DNA of 22,126 nucleotides from Ginkgo biloba (Eukaryota; Plantae; Ginkgophyta). Position numbers and translations under genes: made by a program. This document shows, piece by piece, positions 10,935 through 22,126 of this stretch. The notes below the pieces were generated by a model that worked only from the letters and a program-made list of their open reading frames with translations, did not search any database and was not told where the DNA came from. The number at the start of each line of letters is the position of its first letter. Position 1 is the stretch's first letter. The DNA is taken from positions 12,345,265 to 12,367,390 of the forward strand of contig JANKJI020000001.1 of NCBI GenBank assembly GCA_024626585.2, given 5' to 3'.

Positions 10935-10996
10935 TTTGAATATTTGAAAAAATTTAAGAGAGCCGTTGATGTTTTACTTCGATTTAATGTTAACGG
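10935..10996 (-). promoter_or_regulatory. MSA (AACGG) mitosis-specific activator motifs plus tandem TTTGAA motifs upstream of the kinesin
   Basis: TCAACGGCT on the minus strand at 10961-10969, TAACGG on the plus strand at 10991-10996, TTTGAA twice at 10935-10948. About 350-410 bp upstream of the ATG of a mitotic kinesin, the usual context for MYB3R-bound MSA elements. Confidence 0.6.
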
Positions 10997-11201
10997 AATC
11001 CTATTCACTATGAATCTGGTCATACGCACGAACACAAGGGCGCATTACATTAGGGAGAGGTCCTATAGAAAGGAGACTGGTTGACATCTCCTTAATAGAA
11101 TNNNNNNNNNNNNNNNNNNNNNNNNNNNNNNNNNNNNNNNNNNNNNNNNNNNNNNNNNNNNNNNNNNNNNNNNNNNNNNNNNNNNNNNNNNNNNNNNNNN
11201 N

Positions 11202-13308
11202 TCCACTAATGACTTTGATTAAAACTTCATTTTCTTCTTATAATTATATCACTCATATGTATTATTTCCAAAAAATTGTGAAATTCACAATATCTATCCT
11301 AATTAGAATTGAAAGAGCCTTTATCTTTGAAGGAACTCCCCTTCAAGATGCCTTTTCACTCTTTCCCCTTAATTTTGGATGAATTCCTTTGATGAAGAGA
11401 TGGATTTTTCCTTTGATATATGGCTTCAGTTTTCAAAGCATACATGAAAATTTTATCCAATGTTGAACTTTCAACAAATTCCAACTCCTATCGAATAGAG
11501 GAATGAAGTCCACTAACAAACTTTAAATTCTTCTCCTACTCAAAGTATTCCCTAACTAGTCAAATACTAAGACAAAGGAAGGTATCACTATATTGTTGTA
11601 TGATTTTACCCTTCTCTTACCTCAATTGATACCACTTTTTCTTTAGATTATCCAAGTATTTCACAATAATAATGCATCACCCATCATCCTTATCTTTGTA
11701 AATACAATATTTTGTTCATGAGAATATGAATAAACCTCAACATATACCTTAATATATTGAACCTAATTATCCAATACTTATGCATTGATCAATCCACCAT
11801 ACGACTTCATTTCCATTTTGGTGTTGACTTTGATTAAAGGTATAAACTACATGATCTCATAAGTAGGTGCTTGGTCTTGCATGGAACTCATATTTTAAAT
11901 CGACTATGATTTTTGGTCATATTATTGTCACCTTATTAGATATGGTATTGATAATGTTGAATTATCTCTTACAAGTTATCCTTCATAGGAAGATTACTAA
12001 AAATTGACGATGCTTCCTTCTTTGGAGCCATCATCCTCCCTACTTAAGTTAGTATTTAATACAAAGGAAAATAATGAAGAAATCTAAAAAATTGAGATCC
12101 ATGTTGTGATACCAATTCGTGTGTCCCAATGTTTATGTCATTAAAGAACAATATTGAGTTACATGTGAAATACTTCTTGAATCAGGTAAAACCAAGGTTG
12201 ATGTGGCTCTACACAAAGATCCCTCTCTCCTTATGGCCTCTTATTTGTCTTACTAGATATGAATCGACCTCGATATGAACTAATGTCTCTAAATTCACCA
12301 AATTTTCTACTCTCGGGTCAAGTTGCAGAACCATTGTGTATTTTCCTCTATGTGCCACACTTTTCTCCAACTATAAACCACGGCTTTTCCTCCGACTACA
12401 GTTTTCTCCTGATTCTTTAAAATGTGAAACTTAGATTCGTTATGATCTCTGAACCCAATTCGTTGGTTGACACATAGCACAGTCTAACCCATGGATAGTA
12501 AAATAAAGAGACAATAAATAATATAACAAACCAATAAATCTACAAGCATCTGTGAATCCAGTAAATCAATCCACTTGATATCAATTCAAAAGGATTTTCA
12601 AATACAAATTCATAAATTAAAATTCAATTGATTTTCTCAATCTCCAAATTCAATTCAATTCATCCATTCATTCATATGAGAATGCTCTCAATATAAAATC
12701 TTATAGGAAAATCTTAAGACAAACTTAGTAACCCTAATCCTATTTTGGAAAGTGCTTATTTATCCATTTACCTTGATTAGCTAAAAATCCAAAAATATCC
12801 ATCCATTTATTCTAGGAAAAAACCTCGTTTTGCTAATGGATGGTGATGATAGGGTGTACACCCTTATACCAATCACATGATATATAATTAATCTAATTAT
12901 CTATTTTTTAATTAATTAATTACTCAAATAATAATATGTTTGACTAAGTGAATAAATTTTCCTTAGTTTCACAAACCTTACAAGATGATGAGTAATTTAA
13001 TAAATATATTGATAGGATTACAATTAGATAAGTAAAGCTAATTTTTACGCATATCAATTTTCCCATCTCTTTCCTTGATCCAAATTTGATTTTCTAGATT
13101 ATTAACACTTCTATATATCAATATGTGCTTGAGTAACAAAATAATGTTTATTACTTATTCTTTGTTTCATGGGACCCATTTCCCTGAAAATAATTATGTG
13201 GGTTACTCCCTTCCTTAGGAGGGACCCAAATCTTTCATTATAGAATATCCCTCTTCTTTAGGTGGGACCCATCTCTTTGTTAGAAAAGATAACGTTAGTG
13301 GTCACACA
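11202..13308 (-). mobile_element. Truncated Ty3/gypsy LTR retrotransposon: putative 5' LTR (~13308-12118), tRNA-Met-type PBS, decayed gag
   Basis: Minus strand reads ...GGGACACACG AAT TGGTATCACAAC (PBS ~12114-12103). Putative LTR has TGTGT..ACACA inverted ends; the boundary at 13308 is tentative. The gag remnant follows. Confidence 0.65.
11410..11821 (-). pseudogene. Decayed retrotransposon gag (Retrotrans_gag-like)
   Basis: Manual translation: PKMEMKSYGGLINA*VLDN*V...GDALLL* then (frameshift/deletion) KWYQLR*EKGKIIQQYSDTF...KFVSGLHSSIR*ELEF...TLDKIFMYALKTE. Contains the L-R-Q-x-G...Y...F gag motif with CAR>TAR stops. Confidence 0.75.
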
Positions 13309-14005
13309 TCACATTAGACACATAATAATCATCACATGCAGTATTCATCATGTTAGCAAAAATGAGTTACTATAAATATTAGTAGTTATAAGTTAGTTAA
13401 CCTCCATAGTGTATAAATGGAGGGCGCTCATATTGTAAGGATGAATAGTTCCTAGATAGAACATGTTCTAGGTACCAATTTGCATATAATTCAAGTTGGG
13501 TATGTATTTCAATATGGTATTAGAGTAGGATACAACCTATGAAAGGATTTCANNNNNNNNNNNNNNNNNNNNNNNNNNNNNNNNNNNNNNNNNNNNNNNN
13601 NNNNNNNNNNNNNNNNNNNNNNNNNNNNNNNNNNNNNNNNNNNNNNNNNNNNTGTATCCCAAATACCCTTGTGGCCCTTAATTGTCTCATCATAATAAAT
13701 ATTCATTTATTATCCTATTATTTAATTTTACTACATATAAGATAAAGTTCTTAGTCTTTTCTGGCCTATAACAAAACTAGAGTGGAATATACATTCTTAT
13801 CATCTTGAGTGTCAACCACTTCAAAATAATCTTTGATTTTCATACCCTTATGTTGTGACCCTTACATCCTAAACTTCTATCATTATTACTTTATGAGCAT
13901 TGTAATAGTCATAGTTTAGTTATTTAGCTCANNNNNNNNNNNNNNNNNNNNNNNNNNNNNNNNNNNNNNNNNNNNNNNNNNNNNNNNNNNNNNNNNNNNN
14001 NCTAA

Positions 14006-14182
14006 TTGTATCGAAGCTCTACACTTAAGAAGGTTGCCCCCTCGAAGAGGCCCATGATACTTTATATTTGATTCCTGAATATAAGCATATTTATATCAAT
14101 TCGTTGTGTTCATTGATCATTCCATTCTTTTCACATGTTGTTATTTTTGTTTTGATCATCTGTTGCAAGTAAGATCATATCA
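14006..14182 (+). repeat. Visible part of 5' LTR (direct repeat of 15977-16153)
   Basis: 177 bp ungapped alignment to 15977-16153 with 37 mismatches by hand count (~79% identity). Confidence 0.85.
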
Positions 14183-14184
14183 AG

Positions 14185-14196
14185 TGGTATCATAGC
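14185..14196 (+). other. Primer binding site complementary to initiator tRNA-Met
   Basis: TGGTATCATAGC versus canonical TGGTATCAGAGC, 2 nt after the LTR-terminal CA. Confidence 0.85.
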
Positions 14197-15175
14197 TCTT
14201 TCCAGTGATGTATTTTGTAATAGTACAATTTTAGTGGTCTACTGCAACTACCCATCGTATGCTCTCACTTTTCCCTCATAGGATCTTAGTGTAACAAAAA
14301 GTGATGAAAGAGTGGGTTACTAAGAGTTTTTGGCCATATTTTTTTTCTATAGTAGTGGTGTAGGTTAGAAACCGTGTGTTGGGGTTTTAAAATATTACAG
14401 CAAGTTATAACTTGTTGTTATTGGCTAAGCATATTTCATCATATGAAATGAGGTGGGAGAGAAATCACCAATACCTAGGCCTTAAAAAACATCTATAGAC
14501 AAACTTGAGCTTCCACACACCTTTAGGTATATCAAAAGATACTCTAGGATTTAGGATAGACTTAGCCATAGGAAGCGATCATTGTTTAAATTTGTCGTGC
14601 ACTAGTAAGCAATTAGCCCCCAAAATTTACTCTCTTTCTACCTTAGAGATGGGATAGTGTGACTATGGGTATGGTGAAACCCTCTGTAGTTACAGCTCTA
14701 AAATATTGGGCCACTTCACTAGTTATGAATGAGATAAGTATATTGGAGAGACTACAGACCATACACACCCTATCTTAGAAATTCCCTACATAAAACCTAG
14801 TTGTAAAAAGATCTAAGCATACTTGGTTAGATATTGGTAGATCTAAGCAAATTCACACAATTTTGAGAAGATTCAACCAGATTAGTATAGTGAGACAGTG
14901 GGTTAGTGAATCACATCGTTAAGAACTGAGATATTATGGTTGTTGAGTCTCGAGTGTTCAACTCTTATATAGTCCAAAAGTTTGAAACTTCGACGACAAA
15001 TATCTCACAAACCGTGAGGAATCTGGCCATTTTGACAGAACAAACAGAAAAAATATATATATATTTGGGCCAAATTTTTTTCGCCTATTTGCCACCTATC
15101 CCAATTTGATCCTCTCATCGTGTTGATCATTTTGGTATAACTCCTCGGTAACCCCTACGGCCTTGAGTGACCAAT

Positions 15176-15800
15176 ATGGTTGGTGGCCGAAATCAAAACA
15201 CTACAGTCCACGCAATCCACTATACTCCAACTATTGTCCAAGTTTGACAAGTTAGATAAAATTGATGACCTTGACAATAGATTGATTGAACTTAATGCCA
15301 AATACAAGTACCATGAGCCAACAATTCCAACAGAGTGGACAGTCATCTATGGGACAGTGTTCTAACACGGGACAACAATCTTCGAGTGGACCACATACTT
15401 CTCCAAACCAACCAAATCCTGGAGGGACACAGCTTACACCTAAACTGGATTTCTCTAAATTTGATGGTGACGACCCCACAAGTTGGTTGTATAGAGCATA
15501 ACAGTATTTTTCTATCAATCGAACTCCCACAAGTAAAAAACTTCCCATAGCTTCGTTCAACTTGGAACATGAAGCTATCCAATGGTATCAGTGATTGGAG
15601 AAAACATGTGGTGTACTCACATGGGATCAATTTTATCAGTGCCTACTCTGTTGATTTGGCCCAAGTGAATATGAGGACTTCACATGGGCATTGACTAAAT
15701 TAAGACAAAATCACTCTATTTATGTCTATCAAATGCAGTTTGAAAAATTGGCAAGCTAGACAAGAGGGATAAATGATGTTTTTCTTAAAAGTTGCTTTAT
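15176..15800 (+). pseudogene. Decayed Ty3/gypsy (chromovirus-like) gag
   Basis: PKLDFSKFDGDDPTSWLYRA*QYF...IASFNLEHEAIQWYQ*L...LTWDQF...FGPSEYEDFTWALTKLRQ..SI..YQMQFEKLA...FLKSCF, read through in-frame stops. The N-terminal segment (ORF 15180-15365) is in another frame. Confidence 0.9.
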
Positions 15801-15900
15801 NNNNNNNNNNNNNNNNNNNNNNNNNNNNNNNNNNNNNNNNNNNNNNNNNNNNNNNNNNNNNNNNNNNNNNNNNNNNNNNNNNNNNNNNNNNNNNNNNNNN

Positions 15901-16153
15901 CCCTGAGCATTAGGGTTAGGGTTGTGATGCTTATATATTAGAGTTGTAATGAAGAAATGATCATCTTGAATCATATTTGTATTGAAGCTCTTCTTTTAAG
16001 GAGGTTTTCCCCTTGAAGAGGCCTACGATACTTTGTATTTGATTCGTAAATATAATAAAATTTTCATTAATTCATTGTGCTCATTGAGAATTATGTTCTT
16101 TTAGCATCATGTTGTTTATGTTTTGATCATCTTTTACGGGTACGATCATATCA
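15901..16153 (+). repeat. Second (3') LTR copy
   Basis: Direct repeat of 14006-14182, ends in CA and is not followed by a PBS. Its start is hidden in gap 15801-15900. Confidence 0.8.
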
Positions 16154-19100
16154 CTTTTGTTTTTACTATAACTCGTCAAAGGACTCTAATTGGTTTGAAT
16201 AAATGTTGATTTATCAATTTGAGAAAATTATTATTAGGATCTAATGGTGGTTTGTCCATCTTGATATGTAATAATTTAAGTAAAATATTAATTTATGATC
16301 CAAGATTAACAACTACATCCTTTAATTCAAATCCATCGACCTAAGGGTCGACCATAAGTTATGTATCACTATATTTTAAAATTTTGGTCAACTATCAAGC
16401 CTTCTTAATTTGATTCGTATCCTCATGTTGAAACCCTTTATTTAGAATAATTTTAAGGATATTCTTGAGTTTGACTAATGTGTCTTTTCTCTTCAACAAT
16501 TATAAATTTTTCNNNNNNNNNNNNNNNNNNNNAACTCTATTTATAGATTTTCCTACATCATTATATAATTGAATTGATTGGGTATCGCCATAGGATGATG
16601 TGATGTTAATGTTCCTTGCAAGTCTTTTATGGAATTTATAACTTCTTATTATAATTTATTTTATATGACTAGATCTAGATATGTGTCATTTACCTTTGTC
16701 TTTCCCTTGAATTATCCACTTTGTTGATGATGTGATCACTCTTGTCTTCACCAATCCTTGTTCCCATTCTAGTGATATTGTTTTATGTTATACATTGACC
16801 TCTAAAATAATTAACAACCTATTTTACCTTTGGATTTTGATGGTGATTTGGCGACCAAAAACACTTCTTAAGAGTAGACAAGGGTATAGGGAAGTTACAA
16901 ACAACTTATTTTGTAGGATAANNNNNNNNNNNNNNNNNNNNNNNNNNNNNNNNNNNNNCCCCCATATAAAAAATCACTCATGTGTTGTTAATAATGGAAA
17001 TGACATTAAGGTCCTTAGACTTGTCATGGGGAATAGATGCCTTATTGGAGTGATAAGGAAATAAGATGTCTTGATATCTAAAGACATGATGAATCTTATT
17101 TATCCCATATAATCATATCTAAGGAGAAGATTATAGCCTAAGTTTGCATCTATAATTTTTACATTAATGATTATGGTCTTGTCCTTGAAGGTTATCTATA
17201 CATTAAGGACAAGACTAACTAAAGGTGCCATACGATCATCAAAGGCATTAAGTTAACTACCACTAGGGAGAATATTAGTGAGCCTTGACTATCTCATGGT
17301 TCTAGATAATATGATGGTGATAATTGATCCCTCATCCGTAATGCAATGTTTGATTTTGACATTACCAACTTGTGTAAAGACAATGAATGATCTGGATTTT
17401 CCATTAGGACTATTTTTAAATGACTTAAGATCAAACAGGATATAAAAATCTACTAGAGTTTCTTAGACACCTAGGGANNNNNNNNNNGTATCTCATTAGT
17501 ATAATTATAATTAATGGTGTTATTCAACAAAATATCAACTATATTTTTTAATCTTATATTTATATTATTGGTTCACCAATGCATTATTTAGATCAAAGAA
17601 AATATCATATACAATAATCACTTTATAATGTTTCTTTGGGACTGTCTTAGGTCCATATTACCCATCATATGGAGGAATCTATAATGGAGATCTAAATTGA
17701 GGGATAAATAATATTTCATCACTTTTCTAGAATTTTTTAGCTTGTTACCTTTTTACCATTGACCTACTTTAAATTTATTATTTTGCTCTACCCTAGATAT
17801 TAGTATCTAACACGAAAGTGTCCCTTTCTCATTATCTCTACTAGTATCATCTTCATCCAAATTTAAACTAAGCGATGATGGTCCACTAAGTTTAGGATGG
17901 TAATAATATGGATATAATAGTGAAAAAATGGATACACATAAAAAATTTGATAAGGAGGATATATTATTCAAATATGTAGAGGATGTGGGCCTCAAACATG
18001 ACGGTAGAACCAAATAATGACTTTCTTGGTATTGTGACATAAGAGATAGACTTTATGGTTTTTTAGGATGAGATAAGGGAGGATAATGATCATTTAATTA
18101 TTTATAGGATTAAAACATTATGACATTTTTATGATGAAGAAAGGAATTAGGGTTTTTATTAAGTGTGGAAGCATTTCTATCCCTAAATTTATTTTCCCTA
18201 GATAGTTCTTAGTAGTCATCCTCATTATGGAAATCAATATTATAATGGTTAAATTATACCAATTATACATACTTATGCATAGTGTCATCACATTAAGGTA
18301 CNNNNNNNNNNNNNNNNNNNNNNNNNNNNNNNNNNNNNNNNNNNNNNNNNNNNNNNNNNNNNNNNNNNNNNNNNNNNNNNNNNNNNNNNNNNNNNNNNNN
18401 NACTATTACAAAGTCATTATAAAGGCTATAATATCATATGGATGTTTCCCTATCAAAGACAAGTTGAATAACCTTAGGAAGATGGAGTCTTTCATTACGT
18501 ATTGGGTTTGATACCATTTTTTAAATTCATTGACCTAAAAATTAGGTTTATTATCTTCCTTTCCACTAAATTTAGGTATGTCAGGGAGAATTGTTAGTAA
18601 AGGAAGCCATAAATTATCCCTACTAGTGCGCTCATTTTCAATATTAATCAAACTATATAAGATCGTGGATATATCCTAAGAAAGGGAAGGCCTATAATGG
18701 GTTTGTTAGATACCATGATGGTTATTCTACTAAGGTTAAGTAGGGTGTTAAGTTTATAGGGATTTCTTAGATCTAGGAGTATTAAGTTCTGAATATAAAT
18801 AGTTAAAATAGGTAGATGTAGATTCAAAAGTNNNNNNNNNNNNNNNNNNNNNNNNNNCCTATATATGTATGGGAAGACTCAATTTTTTAAGGAGGAAGGA
18901 ATTATAAGTGTCTTGATCTCCTTAAGGTTTAATTGATAGTATATATCAAGGCTCTAAATGGAAAAACAAAGCATATATTATATTTAGCTTAATTTTTGTA
19001 GGTAAAAAGGCAAGTAATAGTTGTAAGAAAACTTATAATGATTCAAGGAATCAACGTGGATTTTAACAAAATATATTAAGAGAATCTTGACATTTTTACA

Positions 19101-20584
19101 TAGAGGCTAGAAATTAAAGAAGAAGGCTCTGATATTAGGATAGAAGAAAAATAAGTTTAAAGAGAGAAATAAATCATAGAAAGATGACACATGTATGATT
19201 CTTAGCTCTACCAAACCCTTGTTGTGGGTGCGAGAACAAGGGAACTTACCTAAGATCCCTATAGGTTATCCCTTTCTTGAACCAAGTTTAAATTTAAGCC
19301 CCGCCTTTAATTCCTCCCAAAGAGAGGTCTTTGTCATCCTTATTGATTTCCCATTATATTCTAATAGATTTGGTGCCCTAAACATGACATGAACATGGAT
19401 TTTTGGCCAATAACTTAAAATAAAGTTGATCAAACCTCTCCCTCTACTTTTAAAATAGTATTAAAAATTTATTAAGAGAAAGGCCAAGTTAATGAATGGA
19501 AGATAAATACTTAAGAGACAATCTACGATTCCTTCACCAATTGTGTCACTAGTTTATTATNNNNNNNNNNNNNNNNNNACACTTCCAAGTGGGTGCTATG
19601 GACATATTGACTTGATATTATTCATTCCAAAGGATATAATCACTACCAAAACATAATTAAAAATAATACAAGGCCATGGATATACTTATAAATGGGATAC
19701 ATTCTTAGGTTTGATGGCAACTTGAATAATTTACTTCATTGCCATATAAGCTCCTTTCTCTCTCTATCTTGATGTGCTTACTTATATAGACAATGGTAGA
19801 ATGATTCTATTAGCATACTAATAGAGTTAGAACCATCATAATAAAAATGATTAAATCATGAACATGGGAGGTTATAATTATAAGAAACAAAAAAATTATT
19901 AATAAAGAGATGATAAGAAAACTCCTTATAAAGTAATACAACACCTTCAACAAGTGTACTATACACTTTTTATCTTATGAATCTATAGCGAGGGTTAATA
20001 GATCTAAGTTTATTTTTTAAAGGTAAATATATTTCTTAAATAAATAGAATACAAGAAGGCCGATATTTTTATTGGTATCAAACAAAAATAACAGGGGCTA
20101 AAGGAAGTCCAAGGATGATTTCAATCTTAAATAGTGAAAAAATTTGTTATCTTCTAGGATATGATAGACTGAGAGTTATACTTTGAACTAGGCTTGATAA
20201 AATTGCTACTTTGGAAGTAAACATAGCATATTGAGAAACAAGGTAACAAGAACAACTCAAAAAACCTAAGACTAGTAAAGATAACTAATTTGACTCGTCA
20301 AGGTCCTTTGAGAGTTCTTATGAGTCATCATGCCACTCCAAAGGGTGAAGGTTCTCACCCTCTGACATGTCCTTATCCATTCACCATATCTCCCTTATAT
20401 CCTCTGTAACTACCTCAATATCTTTGTGAACTTCCTTTAGATGTTTTTTTATGGGATGATATGCACTCACCATTTGGTGTTTCATCTCTTCTAGTTTTGA
20501 AGAAATATCCTTAATCATGTTGACCGAATACGTAATGTATTTATCCTACAAGGATTCTTGGATTTTTTTGGTTGGCTAATGCAG

Positions 20585-21016
20585 AGATTGCCGTCAACTT
20601 TGAACTTAAGTGGGAGAGCAGTGCCCGATGTGGATTCAATTCTGAAATCTGCCGACTTCACCGATGTTACGATGGTTGAGCCGCTGCCGCATAATATTCA
20701 TCCCGATTATTGGGAATTAAAGATGCCATTAAGGGTGACGAGTTTATGGAGTGCAGTCATCTTATGCTTTGTGGTCCAAAATCCTATTCTAGAGGGACAG
20801 CGGGTATGGATTAGCATCTTTAGCCAAGATTCTAGGTTTATGAAACGCATTAAGAATAATAACAAAGTGAAGGTTAGAAAAGAATGGTGGGACGACGGAG
20901 GCGATGCCCATTATGATATGAAAAAGGCATGGTTGGTGATGGTTGGAAGAGGAGAAGAAGGGAAAATACTCCAAGTTTTGGATAAGATATTCAAAATCGG
21001 TGTGCGATCATCTTAG
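20585..21016 (+). CDS. Probable terminal exon encoding the post-LRR C-terminal domain of a gymnosperm TIR-NBS-LRR-like protein; upstream exons not seen
   Basis: T-rich acceptor TTTTTTTGGTTGGCTAATGCAG|AGA at 20584/20585, then 143 open codons. Motifs LSGRAVPD, SAVILCFVV, G..VWISIFSQ.S and KKAWLVM...GEE.KI resemble, from memory, C-termini of conifer NLRs. Visibly more CpG than the flanks. Not confirmed by a search. Confidence 0.55.
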   Translation, partial: RLPSTLNLSGRAVPDVDSILKSADFTDVTMVEPLPHNIHPDYWELKMPLRVTSLWSAVILCFVVQNPILEGQRVWISIFSQDSRFMKRIKNNNKVKVRKEWWDDGGDAHYDMKKAWLVMVGRGEEGKILQVLDKIFKIGVRSS

Positions 21017-22126
21017 GTAATTGGCATGCAATCATCTTATGCTTTTCAATAATGTCTGCGAAGCAACATTTAGAATTAACGCTGCGAATTGAACATGCTA
21101 ACTTCAACATTAGAACTTAAGTTTCTTGATGGCACCAAGAATTATATTGTTTCTTTACTTTTGAATTTGTTTACTTTTCCTTTGTTATTGGGAAGGGATA
21201 TTAGATTCACATAGCTTCATTGACATGCAACACCATATTATTGATCGTCGACATATCTCTAATTTTATTTTTGATCCTTGTGTTTTAAATTGTGCTAAAA
21301 AAGAAGAAGAAAGTACTTACCACCATGTTTTTGAAGAATTTATGTGGTAAATGTTGTTATTATTGCTTTGACATGTTGTGTATATGCATTAGCAAGTGTT
21401 AAAATTATGTTTTGGTACAAAGTTGCATTAGACCCTTCTACAACCTATAAATTGAACAAAATATTGGTACAATTGCAAGTAGTTTTCATCTAGATATAAA
21501 AGTTAAAATTTAAATTTGTGTTTTAACCTATGATCTCTCCTCTATCTGACAAATCTTCTGTTACGAAGTAGAGAATCTGAGTAATGAAACAATAGGAGAG
21601 AGGAGGCTTGATGATCCAAATTAGTACATTGCATCCTTCTCTATTTTGTGTTGCATTTTTCCATATTGTGGTTAAATTTATCGGATGTTTTACTTCCCTT
21701 TCAAAAAGAAGGTTTACGCTAGTATTATGTGTTATCCATTATCAACATTATAGAATGTCCATCTCAAGTAAATGGATTGTATTTGCAGTGGTAACATACC
21801 TAATTATAAGGATACCAACCCTGTTTAATAAGTTTAGAAGTTAAGATGGGTAATCGTGTTATTTAATAATTAATTACTATTAATGATAGGGCTCCATGAA
21901 AAGGTACCTTGACAGATAACCCTGGGAAGAGTGGTCTATATAAGTCTCAGCCATTCCTCATTATAACATATCTTATTCATATATTTAATTCAATTTATTT
22001 GATTCTATCAAATAGATTTCCTTTTAAGTGTGCATTTGATAAATTTTCTCACCTCATGATATGCAGATCTAAACTCAAAGATCTAACCTAGAACTGAAAT
22101 TGGAAATCTTACAAGACACCAATCAA

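Larger units (their letters stand above)
14002..16153 (+). mobile_element. Ty3/gypsy LTR retrotransposon remnant: 5' LTR - PBS - ~1 kb leader - gag - gap - second LTR
   Basis: LTR end ...GATCATATCA at 14182, then AG, then TGGTATCATAGC (14185-14196). gag at ~15176-15800. Second LTR copy ends GATCATATCA at 16153. The 5' LTR start lies in or before gap 13932-14001 (possible TG at 13894). Confidence 0.85.

Noticed and set aside
15911-15923. TAGGGTTAGGGTT telomere-like motif
   Set aside because: Only two units inside an LTR; such telo-box-like motifs are common in plant LTRs.
16335-16351. TCGACC-TAAG-GGTCGA hairpin as a possible Helitron 3' end
   Set aside because: Only a 6-bp stem, and no CTRR terminus at the expected distance on either strand.
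18505-20080. PBS-like TGGTATCAAA motifs (minus ~18516, plus ~20073) and a polypurine tract at ~18890
   Set aside because: No adjacent LTR-terminal CA, partner LTR or coding remnant could be established. Probably old TE debris, but not annotatable.

Overview
Eukaryotic plant genomic DNA, most likely a gymnosperm (inferred from the TE and NLR sequence types). It is AT-rich, CpG-depleted and broken by many N-gaps. The core is a minus-strand kinesin-10 gene of the KIN10A/PAKRP2 type (ATG 10583 to stop 5540) with MSA-like G2/M promoter motifs. Its structure is anomalous. The second coding block (9186-8776) reads straight through the MLLQ|DSFEDD junction as if already spliced, carries degenerate motor residues, and ends in a microhomology-deleted duplicate of the start of the next genomic exon (7929). 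That exon also has a 1-nt frameshift. Around the gene lie decayed Ty3/gypsy retrotransposons (protease remnant ~3.6-4.0 kb; a minus-strand LTR/PBS/gag at 11.2-13.3 kb; a plus-strand LTR/PBS/gag/LTR at 14.0-16.15 kb), a ~95-bp-monomer, ~380-bp higher-order tandem repeat at the left end, and an intact, apparently orphan terminal exon resembling the post-LRR domain of gymnosperm TIR-NLRs (20585-21016). I see no convincing new multi-gene system. The best candidate for novelty is the apparently half-retroprocessed kinesin locus, which could also be an assembly artefact.
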